This document shows, in pieces, positions 44,110 through 53,544 of a DNA stretch of 64,000 bases. The DNA is from Planctomycetaceae bacterium. GTDB taxonomy: Bacteria; Planctomycetota; Planctomycetia; Pirellulales; UBA1268. Made by a program: the position numbers and the translations under genes. The stretch's first letter is position 1. Each line of letters opens with the position of its first letter. The stretch covers positions 11,381 to 75,380 of the forward strand of contig CANGGT010000001.1 in the NCBI GenBank assembly GCA_947453375.1, in the 5' to 3' direction. The notes under the pieces were generated by a model that was not told the DNA's origin, did no database searches, and worked only from the letters and a program-made list of their open reading frames with translations.

Positions 44110-44736
44110 GTGCCCACGCCGCTCCCCCGCGCCTTGGCCGTCCTCCTCACTGTCATCATGGCCCTGGCGACGGCTGCAACCGTCCTCCGCGCCGAGGAAA
44201 TCCCGGCGACGTCGAGCCTGCCGCCGATCTTCAACGGTCGGGATCTCACCGGCTGGACTCCCCCCGCCGAATCCCATTGGAAGGTCGTCGATGGAATCCT
44301 CGTCGGCGAGAACGATGCCGAGAAGAAGGGCTCGATGCTCTACACCGAGAAAGCCTACGGCGATGTGATCCTCGAAGGAGAGGTTCGCTTCGAGGGGGAG
44401 ATCGACAGTGGATTCATGCTCCGCAAGCCGGAGTTGCAACTCCAGATCGGCGTCTCGCGCAGCCTCAAGCGCGACATGACCTGCTCGTTCTACGTCGGCA
44501 ACTATCCGGAAGAGGCGCAGGCGAAGCGCGCCGGCGAGTTGCTCAAGCCGGGAGATTGGAACCGGATCCGGATCCGCGCCCGAGGGGACACGTTCACCGT
44601 CTGGCTCAACGGCGAGCCGGTGTCGCAGTACACGTCGCCGAAATACGCCGACCCGGCCCCGATCGGACTCCAGATCCACGGCGGGCTGACGATGAAGGTG
44701 GAGTTTCGCGACCTTCGCGCGCTCGAGCTTGAGTGA
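44110..44736 (+). CDS. Secreted DUF1080 (3-keto-disaccharide hydrolase-like) domain protein
   Basis: Track ORF 44074..44736 (TTG start). I prefer the in-frame GTG 44110, which gives the signal peptide PTPLPRALAVLLTVIMALATAATVLRA. Motifs: FNGRDLTGW, WKVVDGILVG, EVRFEG, LQIHGG. Confidence 0.8.
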   Translation: MPTPLPRALAVLLTVIMALATAATVLRAEEIPATSSLPPIFNGRDLTGWTPPAESHWKVVDGILVGENDAEKKGSMLYTEKAYGDVILEGEVRFEGEIDSGFMLRKPELQLQIGVSRSLKRDMTCSFYVGNYPEEAQAKRAGELLKPGDWNRIRIRARGDTFTVWLNGEPVSQYTSPKYADPAPIGLQIHGGLTMKVEFRDLRALELE

Positions 44737-44960
44737 GCCGGACTGGCCGGTACTCGAACTCAAACGTCGCTTCGGGGTCGCCCGCGCCCCCAGCCGAAGT
44801 TCACTACGGCCTTCGTGGCCTCCGTTCACTCGGAGCCTGCTTCGCTCCGCCTTCCATGGCTGCGCTCGCATCCTACGCCGGCTCTCGGAGCACGGGCGAC
44901 CCCTCGCTGAAGAGCCTCGCTAGGGAGCGTTGAGGGTTGGTCCTTATCGCCCGCGGTAGG

Positions 44961-46184
44961 TCACGCTCCCACGAAGCGGGCGATGCGGTCGAGGCCGCGC
45001 TCGAGCTTCTCTTCGCTCGACGCAAAGCTCATCCGCACGTTGCCCTCGGCGCCGAAGGCACTCCCGGCCACGAGCGCGACGTGCTCCTTCTCGAGGAGCG
45101 CCTCGCACCAGGCGGCGCTTGTCGTGATCCCGTTGGCACCGCGGGCGAGGATCGGGCTGATGTCGAAGAAGGCATAGAAGGCGCCGCCGATGTCGGGGAT
45201 GCGAACGCCGGGGATTGCCCGGAGCCGCGCTGCGACGAGATCGCGGCGGACCTGGAAGGCGGCGTTCATCGTGGCGACGCATTCCTGCGGGCCGGTCAGG
45301 GCCGCGACCGCGGCGTGCTGGCTGACGCTGCAGGGATTGCTCGTCTCCTGGCTCTGGAGATTGCCGATCGCCTTGGAGAGTGGCTCGGGGCAGATCGTCC
45401 ACCCGATCCGCCAGCCGGTCATCGAGTAGGTCTTGCTGACACCGGCCACGACGACGGTGCGGTCGCCAAGGCCGGGGCGGAGGGTGGGGAACGAGACGGC
45501 CTGGCGACCGTCGAACACGAGCTGGTCGTAGATCTCGTCGGCGACGACCGAGAGGTTGGCTTCAATGGCGACGTCGGCGAGGCCTCCCAGCTCGTCAGCG
45601 GTGTAGACCACACCGGTGGGATTGCTCGGCGAGCAGAGGAGGAGCATCCGCGTCGCCGGAGTGAGCGCGGCACGGAGGGCCTCGGGGCGGAGCTTGAAAT
45701 CATCCTCGAGGCGTGTCGGGAGAATCACCGGCTTCGCCCCGGCGAGCTTGATGAGCTCCGCGTAGCTCACCCAATACGGAGCGGGGACGATCACCTCATC
45801 CCCCTCGTCGAGGAGCGCCGTGAAAACGTTGTGGAGCGAGTGCTTGGCGCCGTTGGAGACGACCACCTGCGCCGGCGTCACACTCATGCCACTGCGGCGG
45901 GTGTAGTCGGCGGCCACCGCCTTGCGGAGATCGGGAATGCCGGCCGCCGGCGTGTACTTCGTCTTCCCGGCACGGATCGCCGCCTCGGCGGCCCGGCAGA
46001 TGTGCTCGGGGGTGGGGAAGTCGGGCTCGCCGACCGACAGATCGATGACGTCGACCCCCGAGGCGGCCAGCGCCTGGGCCCGCGCCGCCATGGCGAGCGT
46101 GGCGGAGGGCTCGAGCGCGTGCATGCGCGTGGCGAGGGCGAGAGGGGAGCGGCGAGCGGAGGACGATGGCGAAGAGTGGGACAT
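44961..46184 (-). CDS. Class I PLP-dependent (aspartate-type) aminotransferase
   Basis: Start at ATG 46184 within track ORF 44961..46274(-). Motifs: DLSVGEPDFPTP, NPTGVVY and the PLP-lysine block SKTYSMTGWRIG. Confidence 0.9.
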   Translation of the reverse strand: MSHSSPSSSARRSPLALATRMHALEPSATLAMAARAQALAASGVDVIDLSVGEPDFPTPEHICRAAEAAIRAGKTKYTPAAGIPDLRKAVAADYTRRSGMSVTPAQVVVSNGAKHSLHNVFTALLDEGDEVIVPAPYWVSYAELIKLAGAKPVILPTRLEDDFKLRPEALRAALTPATRMLLLCSPSNPTGVVYTADELGGLADVAIEANLSVVADEIYDQLVFDGRQAVSFPTLRPGLGDRTVVVAGVSKTYSMTGWRIGWTICPEPLSKAIGNLQSQETSNPCSVSQHAAVAALTGPQECVATMNAAFQVRRDLVAARLRAIPGVRIPDIGGAFYAFFDISPILARGANGITTSAAWCEALLEKEHVALVAGSAFGAEGNVRMSFASSEEKLERGLDRIARFVGA

Positions 46185-46321
46185 GCGGGTGGAGAGGGTG
46201 CGGGGGGGGAGCCGATAGGAGGGGGGAAACGCGGCACGTTTTGCGTGCTGTCGGCGCGTCGTGCATGATACCACCGCGGTGACTGTTTCCCAGGAGCCGC
46301 GACGCTCCTCCGACCCCAGGA

Positions 46322-47587
46322 ATGCACCCAGCCATGGCAGCCCCTCACGGCCGTTCGTCCACCCGATCCGAATCCGATCCCGCCGGCCGCACTCGCGGCC
46401 GCACGGGGCTGTGGCTCATCGGCGCCAAAGGGGGCGTGGCGACGACCGTGATCACCGGTCTGGCGGCCCTGGCCCGCGGCGCGACCGAGCCGCACGGCCT
46501 GGTAACGGCGCTTTCCCACTGTGCGCCGCTCGATCTGGTCGGCTTCGACGAGATCGTCATCGGCGGCCACGACATCCGCCCCGGCCACCTCGCCGACGAG
46601 GCGCGGCGGATGTGGGTCGAGAGTCGGGCGATCACCCCGGACGTACTCGATGCCGCCGCCGACTCCTTCGCCGCCATCGAGCAGCGGCTCCGTCCGGGCA
46701 CCGTCGTCGCCGCGGGGGACAAAATCCGCGAGCTGGCCGATCCTTCGGTCGCGAATGTCGTCGAGACCCCTCGGCAGGCGATCGACCGGATCCGCGCCGA
46801 CATCGAAGCCTTTGCGGCCCACGACCATCTCCAGCACGTCGTCGTCGTGAACGTCGCCTCCACCGAGCCACCGGCCGGCCGCCCGATTCCCGAACGCTGG
46901 AGCGAGGTCGCCTCGCTTCTCGGCGATGCCGCTGCCTGCCCCCTGCCGGCGAGCAGCCTCTATGCCGTAGCTGCCTTCGAGGCCGGCGCGTCGTACGTCA
47001 ACTTCACCCCGTCCACCGGCTCGACGCCGCCGGCCCTGTGCGAACTGGCCCTCGAGCGCGGCCTGCCCCACGCCGGCTGCGACGGCAAGACCGGCGAGAC
47101 GCTCCTCAAAAGCGTCCTCGCGCCGATGTTCGCCGCCCGCAACCTCGAGGTGATGAGCTGGGTGGGGCACAACATCTTCGGCAACATGGACGGCAAGGTG
47201 CTCGACGATCCGCGCAACAAGGCCGCCAAGGTGCGCAGCAAGGATCACCTTCTCGCCTCGATCCTCGGCTACCCCCCGCAGACCCACGTCTCGATCGAGT
47301 ACATCCGATCCTTGGGCGACTGGAAGACGGCCTGGGACCATGTCCACTTCCGCGGCTTCCTCGGCACGCCGATGACGTTCCAGTTCACCTGGCAGGGTTG
47401 CGATTCGATCCTCGCCGCGCCGCTGGTCATCGATCTGGTACGTCTCACCGAGCGTGCCTGGCGCGGCGGCGAGCAAGGGATGCTGCGTGGCTTGGCGCCG
47501 TTCTTCAAGAGCCCTCTCGGTGTCGAGGAACAGGATTTCGCCAAGCAGTGCGCCATGCTCGATGCATGGATCGAATCACTCGCGTGA
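46322..47587 (+). CDS. ino1: myo-Inositol-1-phosphate synthase (archaeal/bacterial type)
   Basis: 421-aa track ORF. Motifs: LWLIGAKGGVATT, NFTPS, DGKTGETLLKSVLAPMF, WDHVHFRGFLG. Confidence 0.88.
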   Translation: MHPAMAAPHGRSSTRSESDPAGRTRGRTGLWLIGAKGGVATTVITGLAALARGATEPHGLVTALSHCAPLDLVGFDEIVIGGHDIRPGHLADEARRMWVESRAITPDVLDAAADSFAAIEQRLRPGTVVAAGDKIRELADPSVANVVETPRQAIDRIRADIEAFAAHDHLQHVVVVNVASTEPPAGRPIPERWSEVASLLGDAAACPLPASSLYAVAAFEAGASYVNFTPSTGSTPPALCELALERGLPHAGCDGKTGETLLKSVLAPMFAARNLEVMSWVGHNIFGNMDGKVLDDPRNKAAKVRSKDHLLASILGYPPQTHVSIEYIRSLGDWKTAWDHVHFRGFLGTPMTFQFTWQGCDSILAAPLVIDLVRLTERAWRGGEQGMLRGLAPFFKSPLGVEEQDFAKQCAMLDAWIESLA

Positions 47588-47698
47588 AGCGAGCCGAACC
47601 GCGTCGCTGACGCGCTCCACGACAGCGCTGCGTTCGATGCGCGACGGTCGATGACGACAGCCCGCCGAAAAAAATCGTGACTTCTCCACGATTTTCTC

Positions 47699-47895
47699 TT
47701 GACAGTTTTCGGCGCAATCCTTCACAACACACACAGTGATGCGATCAAGGCGTCATTGTCGACCCGCCGATTCGGGGTCCGACGAGACCATTCAATCGGA
47801 TTCGTTTCCGGTACGTCGTCCGATCCCTTCAACAGAGTGCCCGAGGGATCGGTCGAAGGTTTGAGTTCGGGTGCTCGACGCTAGGAGCCATCACC
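47699..47895 (+). promoter_or_regulatory. Putative promoter plus ~170-nt structured leader of the Lys-rich micro-ORF
   Basis: This is the lowest-GC stretch of the window. It contains TTGACA at 47699-47704 (weak -10-like TCACAA 17 nt later), a perfect 9-bp hairpin ccgatccct (47820-47828) / agggatcgg (47844-47852), and AGGAG at 47883-47887. Confidence 0.3.
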
Positions 47896-47955
47896 ATGGC
47901 GAAGAAGAAGAAGAAGGCTGCCAAGAAGGTCGCCAAGAAGAAGGGCAAGAAGTAA
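47896..47955 (+). CDS. 19-codon Lys-rich micro-ORF (MAKKKKKAAKKVAKKKGKK)
   Basis: ATG 47896 lies 8 nt after AGGAG and the stop is TAA 47953-47955. It is too short for the ORF track. It is flanked by its own promoter-like region and a strong terminator. The overlapping Glu-rich track ORF 47871..48077 lacks an SD. Confidence 0.45.
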   Translation: MAKKKKKAAKKVAKKKGKK

Positions 47956-48040
47956 TTCCTTCCCGGCGACGATCCGCGACGCGGCCTCAGGCCGTGCGAG
48001 CGGGCACCGAGCCGGGAACCCTTCCTGACCAGACGAGAAA

Positions 48041-48082
48041 GGCCGGCCCGGGCCCTTGGGCGCCCGGGCCGGCCTGATTTTT
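48041..48082 (+). terminator. Rho-independent terminator
   Basis: 12-bp GC stem ggccggcccggg (48041-48052) / cccgggccggcc (48063-48074), followed by tgattttt. Confidence 0.65.
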
Positions 48083-48149
48083 GCGCCCGTCCCCAACTTT
48101 TCCGGTGCGGCCGCTTCCGTCCGGCCCGTTCTCAGGCCATAGTGGCCGG

Positions 48150-49280
48150 ATGAACGACCCCGAACCACGTGGTGAGTATCTTCTCGTCGCCTGCCAGGCC
48201 GGCGCCGAGGATATCGTCGCCGCCAGAATGGCGCAGGCCCTGCCCGGATCGACCCGCGGCGCCTGGCGGCGGGGGGTCGTCACCTTCCGCCTCCCTCCCG
48301 GCCTCGACCCGAGCCCCGCCGAACTCGATCGCGTTCGCGATCAAATCGTCGTCGCCCGCACGCTCTTCCGGTGCTACGGCCAGATCCGTTGGGAGGATGA
48401 CGCCGGAAGGCTCACGGCCCTCCGCGAGCGCCTCCCCACCGCGCGGTTTGATGCTGTCCATCTTTATCCGCGCGATCTCCGGGCCCTCGCCGCGGCCGAC
48501 GTCGTCGCCGACATGCCCCGTCTGGCCACGGCCGCAGGGCTCGCCGCGGCCTTCCCGGAGGCGACGCTCGGCATCGCCCGTCCGGGAGATCTCGTCCTTG
48601 ACTGCCTCTCCGACGGCGACGATCGCTGGTGGATCGGGTGGCACCGGGCCCAGGCGCCGTCGACCTGCTGGCCGGGGGGCCTCTATCCGCGTCCCCTTCC
48701 CGGCGACAAGGTGTCGCGGGCGTGGCTCAAGCTCGACGAAGCGATCGCGAGCTTCGGTGTCGAGTTTCGCGAAGGGCAACACGTCTGCGAACTCGGAGCT
48801 TCCCCTGGCGGTGCCTGCCAGCGACTCCTCGAGAGTGGCCTCGAAGTCGTCGGCATCGATCCGGCGCTCGTCGATCCGGTGGTCGCGGCGATCCCCGGCT
48901 TCACGCAATGGCGGAAGCGCGCCAGGGACGTGCCGCTGCGCGACCTGCGCGGCTTCGAGTGGGTCGTGGCCGACATGAACATCGATCCGACGAGCACCCT
49001 CGAGGCGATCGGTCGCGTCGTCACCGCGCCCGGGTCGCGGGCCGGCGGGATCATCGCCACCCTCAAGATTCCCGACTGGTCGCGGGCCGCGGGCCTCGAT
49101 GCATGGCTCGGGCAATTCCGCTGCTGGGGATTCACGCCGCGGGCCCGGCAGCTCTCCACCGGCGGCCGCGAGGTGTGTGTCGTAGCGCTGCGCACGGGAG
49201 GGCATCGCTCCCGGCAAGGCAAAGCGAAGGCCGCCGTGGTCAGGCGGTCGCGCCCCGCCAGACGTCGGCCGGATCAGTGA
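48150..49280 (+). CDS. RlmM-like FtsJ-type rRNA 2'-O-methyltransferase
   Basis: Start at ATG 48150 within track ORF 48081..49280. It has the SAM loop VCELGASPGGACQRL, DMN and a THUMP-like N-terminal half. The basic C-terminal tail overlaps the birA 3' end by 41 nt. Confidence 0.72.
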   Translation: MNDPEPRGEYLLVACQAGAEDIVAARMAQALPGSTRGAWRRGVVTFRLPPGLDPSPAELDRVRDQIVVARTLFRCYGQIRWEDDAGRLTALRERLPTARFDAVHLYPRDLRALAAADVVADMPRLATAAGLAAAFPEATLGIARPGDLVLDCLSDGDDRWWIGWHRAQAPSTCWPGGLYPRPLPGDKVSRAWLKLDEAIASFGVEFREGQHVCELGASPGGACQRLLESGLEVVGIDPALVDPVVAAIPGFTQWRKRARDVPLRDLRGFEWVVADMNIDPTSTLEAIGRVVTAPGSRAGGIIATLKIPDWSRAAGLDAWLGQFRCWGFTPRARQLSTGGREVCVVALRTGGHRSRQGKAKAAVVRRSRPARRRPDQ

Positions 49281-50103
49281 GGCTTCCCGACACGAGGTGC
49301 ACCATGCCGGCCGCGGTGTCGAGGACGAGCGCCCCATCGGCATCGATCCCGTGACAGACACCGACGAGACGGTGGCCGTCGTCGCGGTGCACCGTGACGA
49401 CCGTGCCGACGAGGCTGCACAGCGGCCGGTATCGTTCCACGAGCACCCCCGGATCGCGCGACGTCTCGCCGAGCAGCGAGAACAGCCGGGGGACGAAGGC
49501 GCCGAGGAGTCGACTCCGCGGCAATGTCCGGCCGGTGATGTCGGGGAGCGTGCCGACCCGGCCGCGCAGGCTCTCGGGCGCGTCTGCGGCTGATCCGGTG
49601 GTGTTCACGCCGACGCCGAAGATCACCCGCCCCCCCGGGGCGGTCTCGACGAGGATACCGGCCAGCTTCCGACCGCCGACGACGACGTCGTTGGGCCAGC
49701 GGACCCGCGCCGCGACCGAAGGCTCGAGGAGCGTGAGGCTCTCGGCGAGCGCCACGCCGCAAGCGAGCGACCACAGCGGCGTGACGCGCGCGCTTGGCGA
49801 CTCCACCACGCGGGAGGCATCGACGACGAGACTCGTCGCCAGGCTCCCCGGCGCCTGCCACCATCCCGCCCCGCGCCGCCCCCGGCCGGCGGTCTGTCGG
49901 TCGGCGAGAACGGCCAGCGGCAGGGCCACGCCCGGTTCGGCGGCCAAGCTCCGGGCCCGTTCCATCGTCGAGGTCACCTCGGCGAGGACTTCGATCGCAG
50001 CCAGCCCGGTGGCACGCTCCACCGCAGCGCGATTGAACGTCTCGGGATCGACACCGCCGGCCGCGGATCGGGGCCCGGGGGCGTCGGGGGAAGGGAGCGA
50101 CAC
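49240..50103 (-). CDS. birA: Biotin--[acetyl-CoA-carboxylase] ligase (class I, no HTH seen)
   Basis: Lies within track ORF 49240..50235(-). Start set at GTG 50103 (AAGGAA 6 nt upstream). Motifs: QTAGRGRRGAGWW (GRGRxGxxW), WPNDVVVGGRKLAGILVE. Confidence 0.85.
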   Translation of the reverse strand: MSLPSPDAPGPRSAAGGVDPETFNRAAVERATGLAAIEVLAEVTSTMERARSLAAEPGVALPLAVLADRQTAGRGRRGAGWWQAPGSLATSLVVDASRVVESPSARVTPLWSLACGVALAESLTLLEPSVAARVRWPNDVVVGGRKLAGILVETAPGGRVIFGVGVNTTGSAADAPESLRGRVGTLPDITGRTLPRSRLLGAFVPRLFSLLGETSRDPGVLVERYRPLCSLVGTVVTVHRDDGHRLVGVCHGIDADGALVLDTAAGMVHLVSGSLTDPADVWRGATA

Positions 50104-50311
50104 GGGGGATTCCTTGCGGACGGCGCCTGAAAAGGGGACGAAAGCCGTTCCCTCTTTACCCAGTTCTCCTCGGAAGCGGCAGTCCCCCCGAAGCCCCGGC
50201 TCAGACCGGCGTACGACCTTGACCCTGCGGCGCACGGCGTGGTACCCCCCCGGGCTGTCGGCAGTCTTCCCTCCATTTCATCACCATTTTTTGTCCGCAA
50301 GGGACCGATCC

Positions 50312-51523
50312 GTGCGCTTTCCGATCCGTGTCGCCGTGCGGAGCCTGACTGCGGCGCTCCTCTGCGCGCTCGGTTTCGGGCCGTCGGTCACGGACGGGCA
50401 GACAGTGTCGCTCCCCACGCCCCCGTCGTCGCAGCTCGACCGGGTCATGCAGGTGCAGTATCTCGCCCCGCCGCCAACCCAGTGGGATCCTTACTCACCC
50501 CAGGGAACGCAGCTCCCCGCGGCCGCGCCGCAGACCGGCAACTGGGCCCCCTCCGCACTCTCCGGTCAGCCGGGCTATCCGGGCTACTCGACCGCGGCGC
50601 CGTCGTTGGTCCCCCAGCAGGCGCCCTACGGCGCCCCGCCGGGAGGCTCTCCGGCATCGGCCTTCTCGCCGCAGACGATCATGGCCAGCCCGACGATGCA
50701 GCAGACGATGCGCGTCTTCCAGGGGGTGCGCGGGAGCTGGGCCTATCTCTATGGCAGCGGCGACGGCACGAGCGTCGGGGTGAACGAACTCGACACCACC
50801 GCCACGTTCGCAATCCCGTTTTTCCACAACTCGCAGGCCAATCTCAACCACGCGCCCCTCCTCATCACTCCGGGATTCGGCCTCCAGCTCTGGGACGGGC
50901 CGCAGACGACGTCGACGATGCTCGCCGACCTGCCCCCGAGCACGTACGACGTCTTCATCGACGCGGCCTGGAATCCGCAGTTCACGCCGCTGTTCGGTGC
51001 CGAGCTCGGCATCCGGACCGGCGTCTACACCAACTGGGACGTGATGGTGTCGCAGAGCTGGCGCATCATGGGGCGGGCCGTCGGCACGCTCCAGCTGACG
51101 CCGACGATGCAGGGCAAGGCGGGGATCGTCTACCTCGACCGCAACCAGGTGAAGCTCCTCCCCGTCGTCGGCATGACCTGGGTGCCCAACGCCAACGCCC
51201 GCTACGACATCCTCTTCCCCACCCCGAAGGCGGCCTGGCGTTTCAGCGAGGTGGCCAACCGCTCGCTGTGGGGCTACGTGGCGGGGGAGTACGGCGGTGG
51301 CGCCTGGACCTTCCGCCGCTCCACCGGGCAGATCTCCCCCTTCGACTACAACGATATCCGCATCGTTTTCGGCGGCGAGCTCGTGCCGAAGACGCCGCAG
51401 GGCCTCGCCGGCCACCTCGAGGTCGGCTACGTCTTCTACCGGCAGCTGTTCTTCGTCGACGGCCCCCCGCAGATCCAGGATCTCGACGACACCTGGATGA
51501 TCCGTCTCGGCCTCGCCTACTGA
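50312..51523 (+). CDS. Predicted outer-membrane beta-barrel-like protein, paralogue 1
   Basis: Start at GTG 50312 (AAGGGA upstream) within track ORF 49394..51523. It has a signal peptide RFPIRVAVRSLTAALLCALGFG, a Q/P/A-rich region, then alternating beta-like sequence. The C-terminus RLGLAY ends in an aromatic residue. Confidence 0.65.
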   Translation: MRFPIRVAVRSLTAALLCALGFGPSVTDGQTVSLPTPPSSQLDRVMQVQYLAPPPTQWDPYSPQGTQLPAAAPQTGNWAPSALSGQPGYPGYSTAAPSLVPQQAPYGAPPGGSPASAFSPQTIMASPTMQQTMRVFQGVRGSWAYLYGSGDGTSVGVNELDTTATFAIPFFHNSQANLNHAPLLITPGFGLQLWDGPQTTSTMLADLPPSTYDVFIDAAWNPQFTPLFGAELGIRTGVYTNWDVMVSQSWRIMGRAVGTLQLTPTMQGKAGIVYLDRNQVKLLPVVGMTWVPNANARYDILFPTPKAAWRFSEVANRSLWGYVAGEYGGGAWTFRRSTGQISPFDYNDIRIVFGGELVPKTPQGLAGHLEVGYVFYRQLFFVDGPPQIQDLDDTWMIRLGLAY

Positions 51524-51549
51524 CGGGCCCAGAGCCCGGAGATCACCGC

Positions 51550-52632
51550 TTGCACCTGCACGTCTCCACACTCCTGCTCCTCGTCGCGCTCTCGATGGCA
51601 GCGCCGGCGGTCGCCGACGACGCGCCACCCCCGCTTCCGCTTCCGGCGACGATCGACGACGAGGCGGGCTGGATCGATGTCCCGGTGCCGCTGCCGTCGG
51701 TGGAGGAGCTCCTTCCCGGCCGCGTCCGCCTGGCCGCGATCGGCGATCCGCAGGATCTCCAGGAGCCCCTCCTCCCCGACGACTTGGCGCCGCCGGGACA
51801 GCCGCGGCAGGAGTTCGAACCGCCGGCCGGGCGGAAGCTTCCCCCAGGAGCGAAGCCGGGGATGCTCCAGCAGGCGATCTACACCGTGACCGAGCTCCCC
51901 AAGCTCGGCAGCGATGGCCTCGGGCTGACGGTCCTCGAGAAGTGGGTGACGCTCGGCCTGCCGGCGCCGACGGTCGACTCGCCGCTTCTCATCACCCCCG
52001 GCTTCAGCGGCACGCTCGTCGACGCCCCGGACGGGGTCGACCTCCCGAGCGAGCTCTACGAGGGCTACATCCAGGCGCGCTGGCTACGCAAGATCGGCAA
52101 GCGCCTCGGCGTCGATCTGGCCGTCGCCCCCGGCTGGTACAGCGACTTCCACAACGATTCTTCGCAGGCCTTGCGGATCACCGGCCACGGTTTCGGCGCC
52201 TGGGAGGCGACCGACAATCTCCGCGTCGTCGCCGGTCTGATCTACCTCGACCGCTACGACGTCAACATCCTCCCGGCCGGCGGCCTCGTCTGGACCCCGG
52301 CCGACGACAAGCGCTTCGAGCTCATCTTCCCGCGCCCCCGGCTCGCCTGGCGCTTCGCCGAGCACCCCCGCGCCGCCCACTGGAGCTATCTCGCAGCGGA
52401 GTTCGGCGGCAATCAGTGGGCGATGCAATCGGCGACCGGCGCCGACGAGGTGGTCGTGATCCGCGACTATCGGCTCATCGCCGGCTGGGAACGGAAGCCG
52501 GCCGATCTGGGGATCTCGTGGCGGCTCGAGACCGGCTACGTCTTCGGCCGCACCGTGCAGTACTACGACTCCGTCACCCCGACCGCCCACCCCGGCAACA
52601 CCTTCATGGTCCGCGGCGGGGTGTGGTACTAG
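51550..52632 (+). CDS. Predicted outer-membrane beta-barrel-like protein, paralogue 2
   Basis: Start at TTG 51550 (GGAGA 8 nt upstream) within track ORF 50239..52632. It has the signal peptide LHLHVSTLLLLVALSMAAPAVA. It shares PLLITPGF, IYLDR, ILP..G..W.P, FP.P..AWRF and a C-terminal Y (RGGVWY) with 50312-51523. Confidence 0.65.
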   Translation: MHLHVSTLLLLVALSMAAPAVADDAPPPLPLPATIDDEAGWIDVPVPLPSVEELLPGRVRLAAIGDPQDLQEPLLPDDLAPPGQPRQEFEPPAGRKLPPGAKPGMLQQAIYTVTELPKLGSDGLGLTVLEKWVTLGLPAPTVDSPLLITPGFSGTLVDAPDGVDLPSELYEGYIQARWLRKIGKRLGVDLAVAPGWYSDFHNDSSQALRITGHGFGAWEATDNLRVVAGLIYLDRYDVNILPAGGLVWTPADDKRFELIFPRPRLAWRFAEHPRAAHWSYLAAEFGGNQWAMQSATGADEVVVIRDYRLIAGWERKPADLGISWRLETGYVFGRTVQYYDSVTPTAHPGNTFMVRGGVWY

Positions 52633-52698
52633 CTGTATCGTGAACGAAGCCCTCCATGGCCTTCGGCAGCGCCCCGTCGGGATGACTAAGATGAAGGC

Positions 52699-53544
52699 AT
52701 GTTCCGTCCCTCCTGCCATCGTCAACCGGGCCGCCGCGATCCCGGCGCCGTCACGGCCCTCCTCGTCGCCGTCAGCGTGACCATCCTCTTCGGCTGCACG
52801 AAGCCGACGCCGCCGCGGGTGGCGCGGGCGCCGACGAAGATCCGTGTCGCCGCCGCCACCGACCTGCGGTCCTGCCTCGACGCCCTCACCGATGCCTTTC
52901 AGGTCGAGCATCCCAACTTCGACCTCCTCCCCACGTTCGGTGCTTCGGGAACGCTCCTGTCCCAGCTCAAAAGCGGCCTCGAGACCGATCTCTACCTCTC
53001 CGCCGACGTCGCCTACGCCCACGACCTCGCCGCGGCCGGCCTCGCCGCCGAGGCTGATGTCTTCGAGAGCGGCCACGGCCGGCTCGTCATCTGGGTGCGC
53101 AACGAGTCGCCGATCGACGTCAGCAAGCTCGGCGGCGAGGCGCTCCTCGACCCTTCCGTGCGCCGCGTCGCGATCGCCAATCCGGTCCACGCCCCGTATG
53201 GCCGGGCGGCTGTCGCGGCGCTCGAGCATCTCGGGCTCCACGATCGCGTGAAAGAGAAGCTCGCCGTCGGCGAGAGCGCGGCGCAGGCGGCCCAGTATGT
53301 CGAGAGCGGGGCGGCGGAGGTGGGGATCTTGCCGATGGCGCTGGCGAAGGGCACGAGGCTCGTGGAGCGCGGCCGCTTCTGGGTTGTCCCGGCCGATGCC
53401 CACCCGCCGATCCGCCACGGTGGCGCGATCCATGCCCGCGCGATCGACCGCGAGGCGACGGTGGCCTTCCGCGACTTTCTCCTCGCGCCAGCCGGTCGCG
53501 CGATCCTCGCGCGCTACGGGTTCGAGTTTCCCGCGGTGCCGTGA
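52699..53544 (+). CDS. modA: Molybdate ABC transporter substrate-binding lipoprotein
   Basis: 281-aa track ORF. It has the lipobox ILFGC and the motifs FGASGTLLSQL, NPVHAPYG and AQYVESG. Confidence 0.9.
   Translation: MFRPSCHRQPGRRDPGAVTALLVAVSVTILFGCTKPTPPRVARAPTKIRVAAATDLRSCLDALTDAFQVEHPNFDLLPTFGASGTLLSQLKSGLETDLYLSADVAYAHDLAAAGLAAEADVFESGHGRLVIWVRNESPIDVSKLGGEALLDPSVRRVAIANPVHAPYGRAAVAALEHLGLHDRVKEKLAVGESAAQAAQYVESGAAEVGILPMALAKGTRLVERGRFWVVPADAHPPIRHGGAIHARAIDREATVAFRDFLLAPAGRAILARYGFEFPAVP

Noticed and set aside
39479-44368. Multiple 300-816-aa ORFs on both strands across the giant gene, mobA and the DUF1080 gene (for example 39479..41425 +, 41472..43139 -, 41918..44368 +).
   Set aside because: All are Arg/Pro/Gly-rich shadows and are mutually overlapping. 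Only frame 39239..43282(-) has an N-terminal TM helix and balanced composition. The mobA and DUF1080 calls are motif-supported.
44737-44960. REP/MITE-like element in the convergent intergenic region. It has GTTCACT repeated at 44809 and 44824, and a hairpin cggagc (44831-44836) / gctccg (44844-44849).
   Set aside because: The stems are short (4-6 bp) and the repeats very short. Without genome-wide copies I cannot tell an element from chance. The region probably just holds weak bidirectional terminator structures.
47871-48077. 68-aa Glu-rich ORF (MLDARSHHHGEEEEEGCQEG...) overlapping the Lys-rich micro-ORF in another frame.
   Set aside because: It has a GTG start with no SD-like sequence, and it runs through the terminator stem. 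The AAG-repeat frame with AGGAG-N8-ATG is the more plausible product. The choice remains unproven.
33081-48082. Similar GC-palindromic cores (ccggcc/cccggg) in the terminators at 33081 and 48041, considered as copies of a repeated element.
   Set aside because: The shared sequence is only about 10-12 nt of self-complementary GC-rich sequence. This is expected by chance for terminator stems in this genome.
49240-49280. 41-nt convergent 3' overlap of the rlmM-like and birA genes.
   Set aside because: The overlap involves only the basic low-complexity tail of the methyltransferase. Such overlaps are common when stop codons are rare at high GC. I did not judge it biologically informative.
52633-52698. 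Moco riboswitch or ModE operator upstream of modA.
   Set aside because: The intergenic region is only 66 nt, too short for the Moco RNA motif. I found no TAYAT-type inverted repeat.
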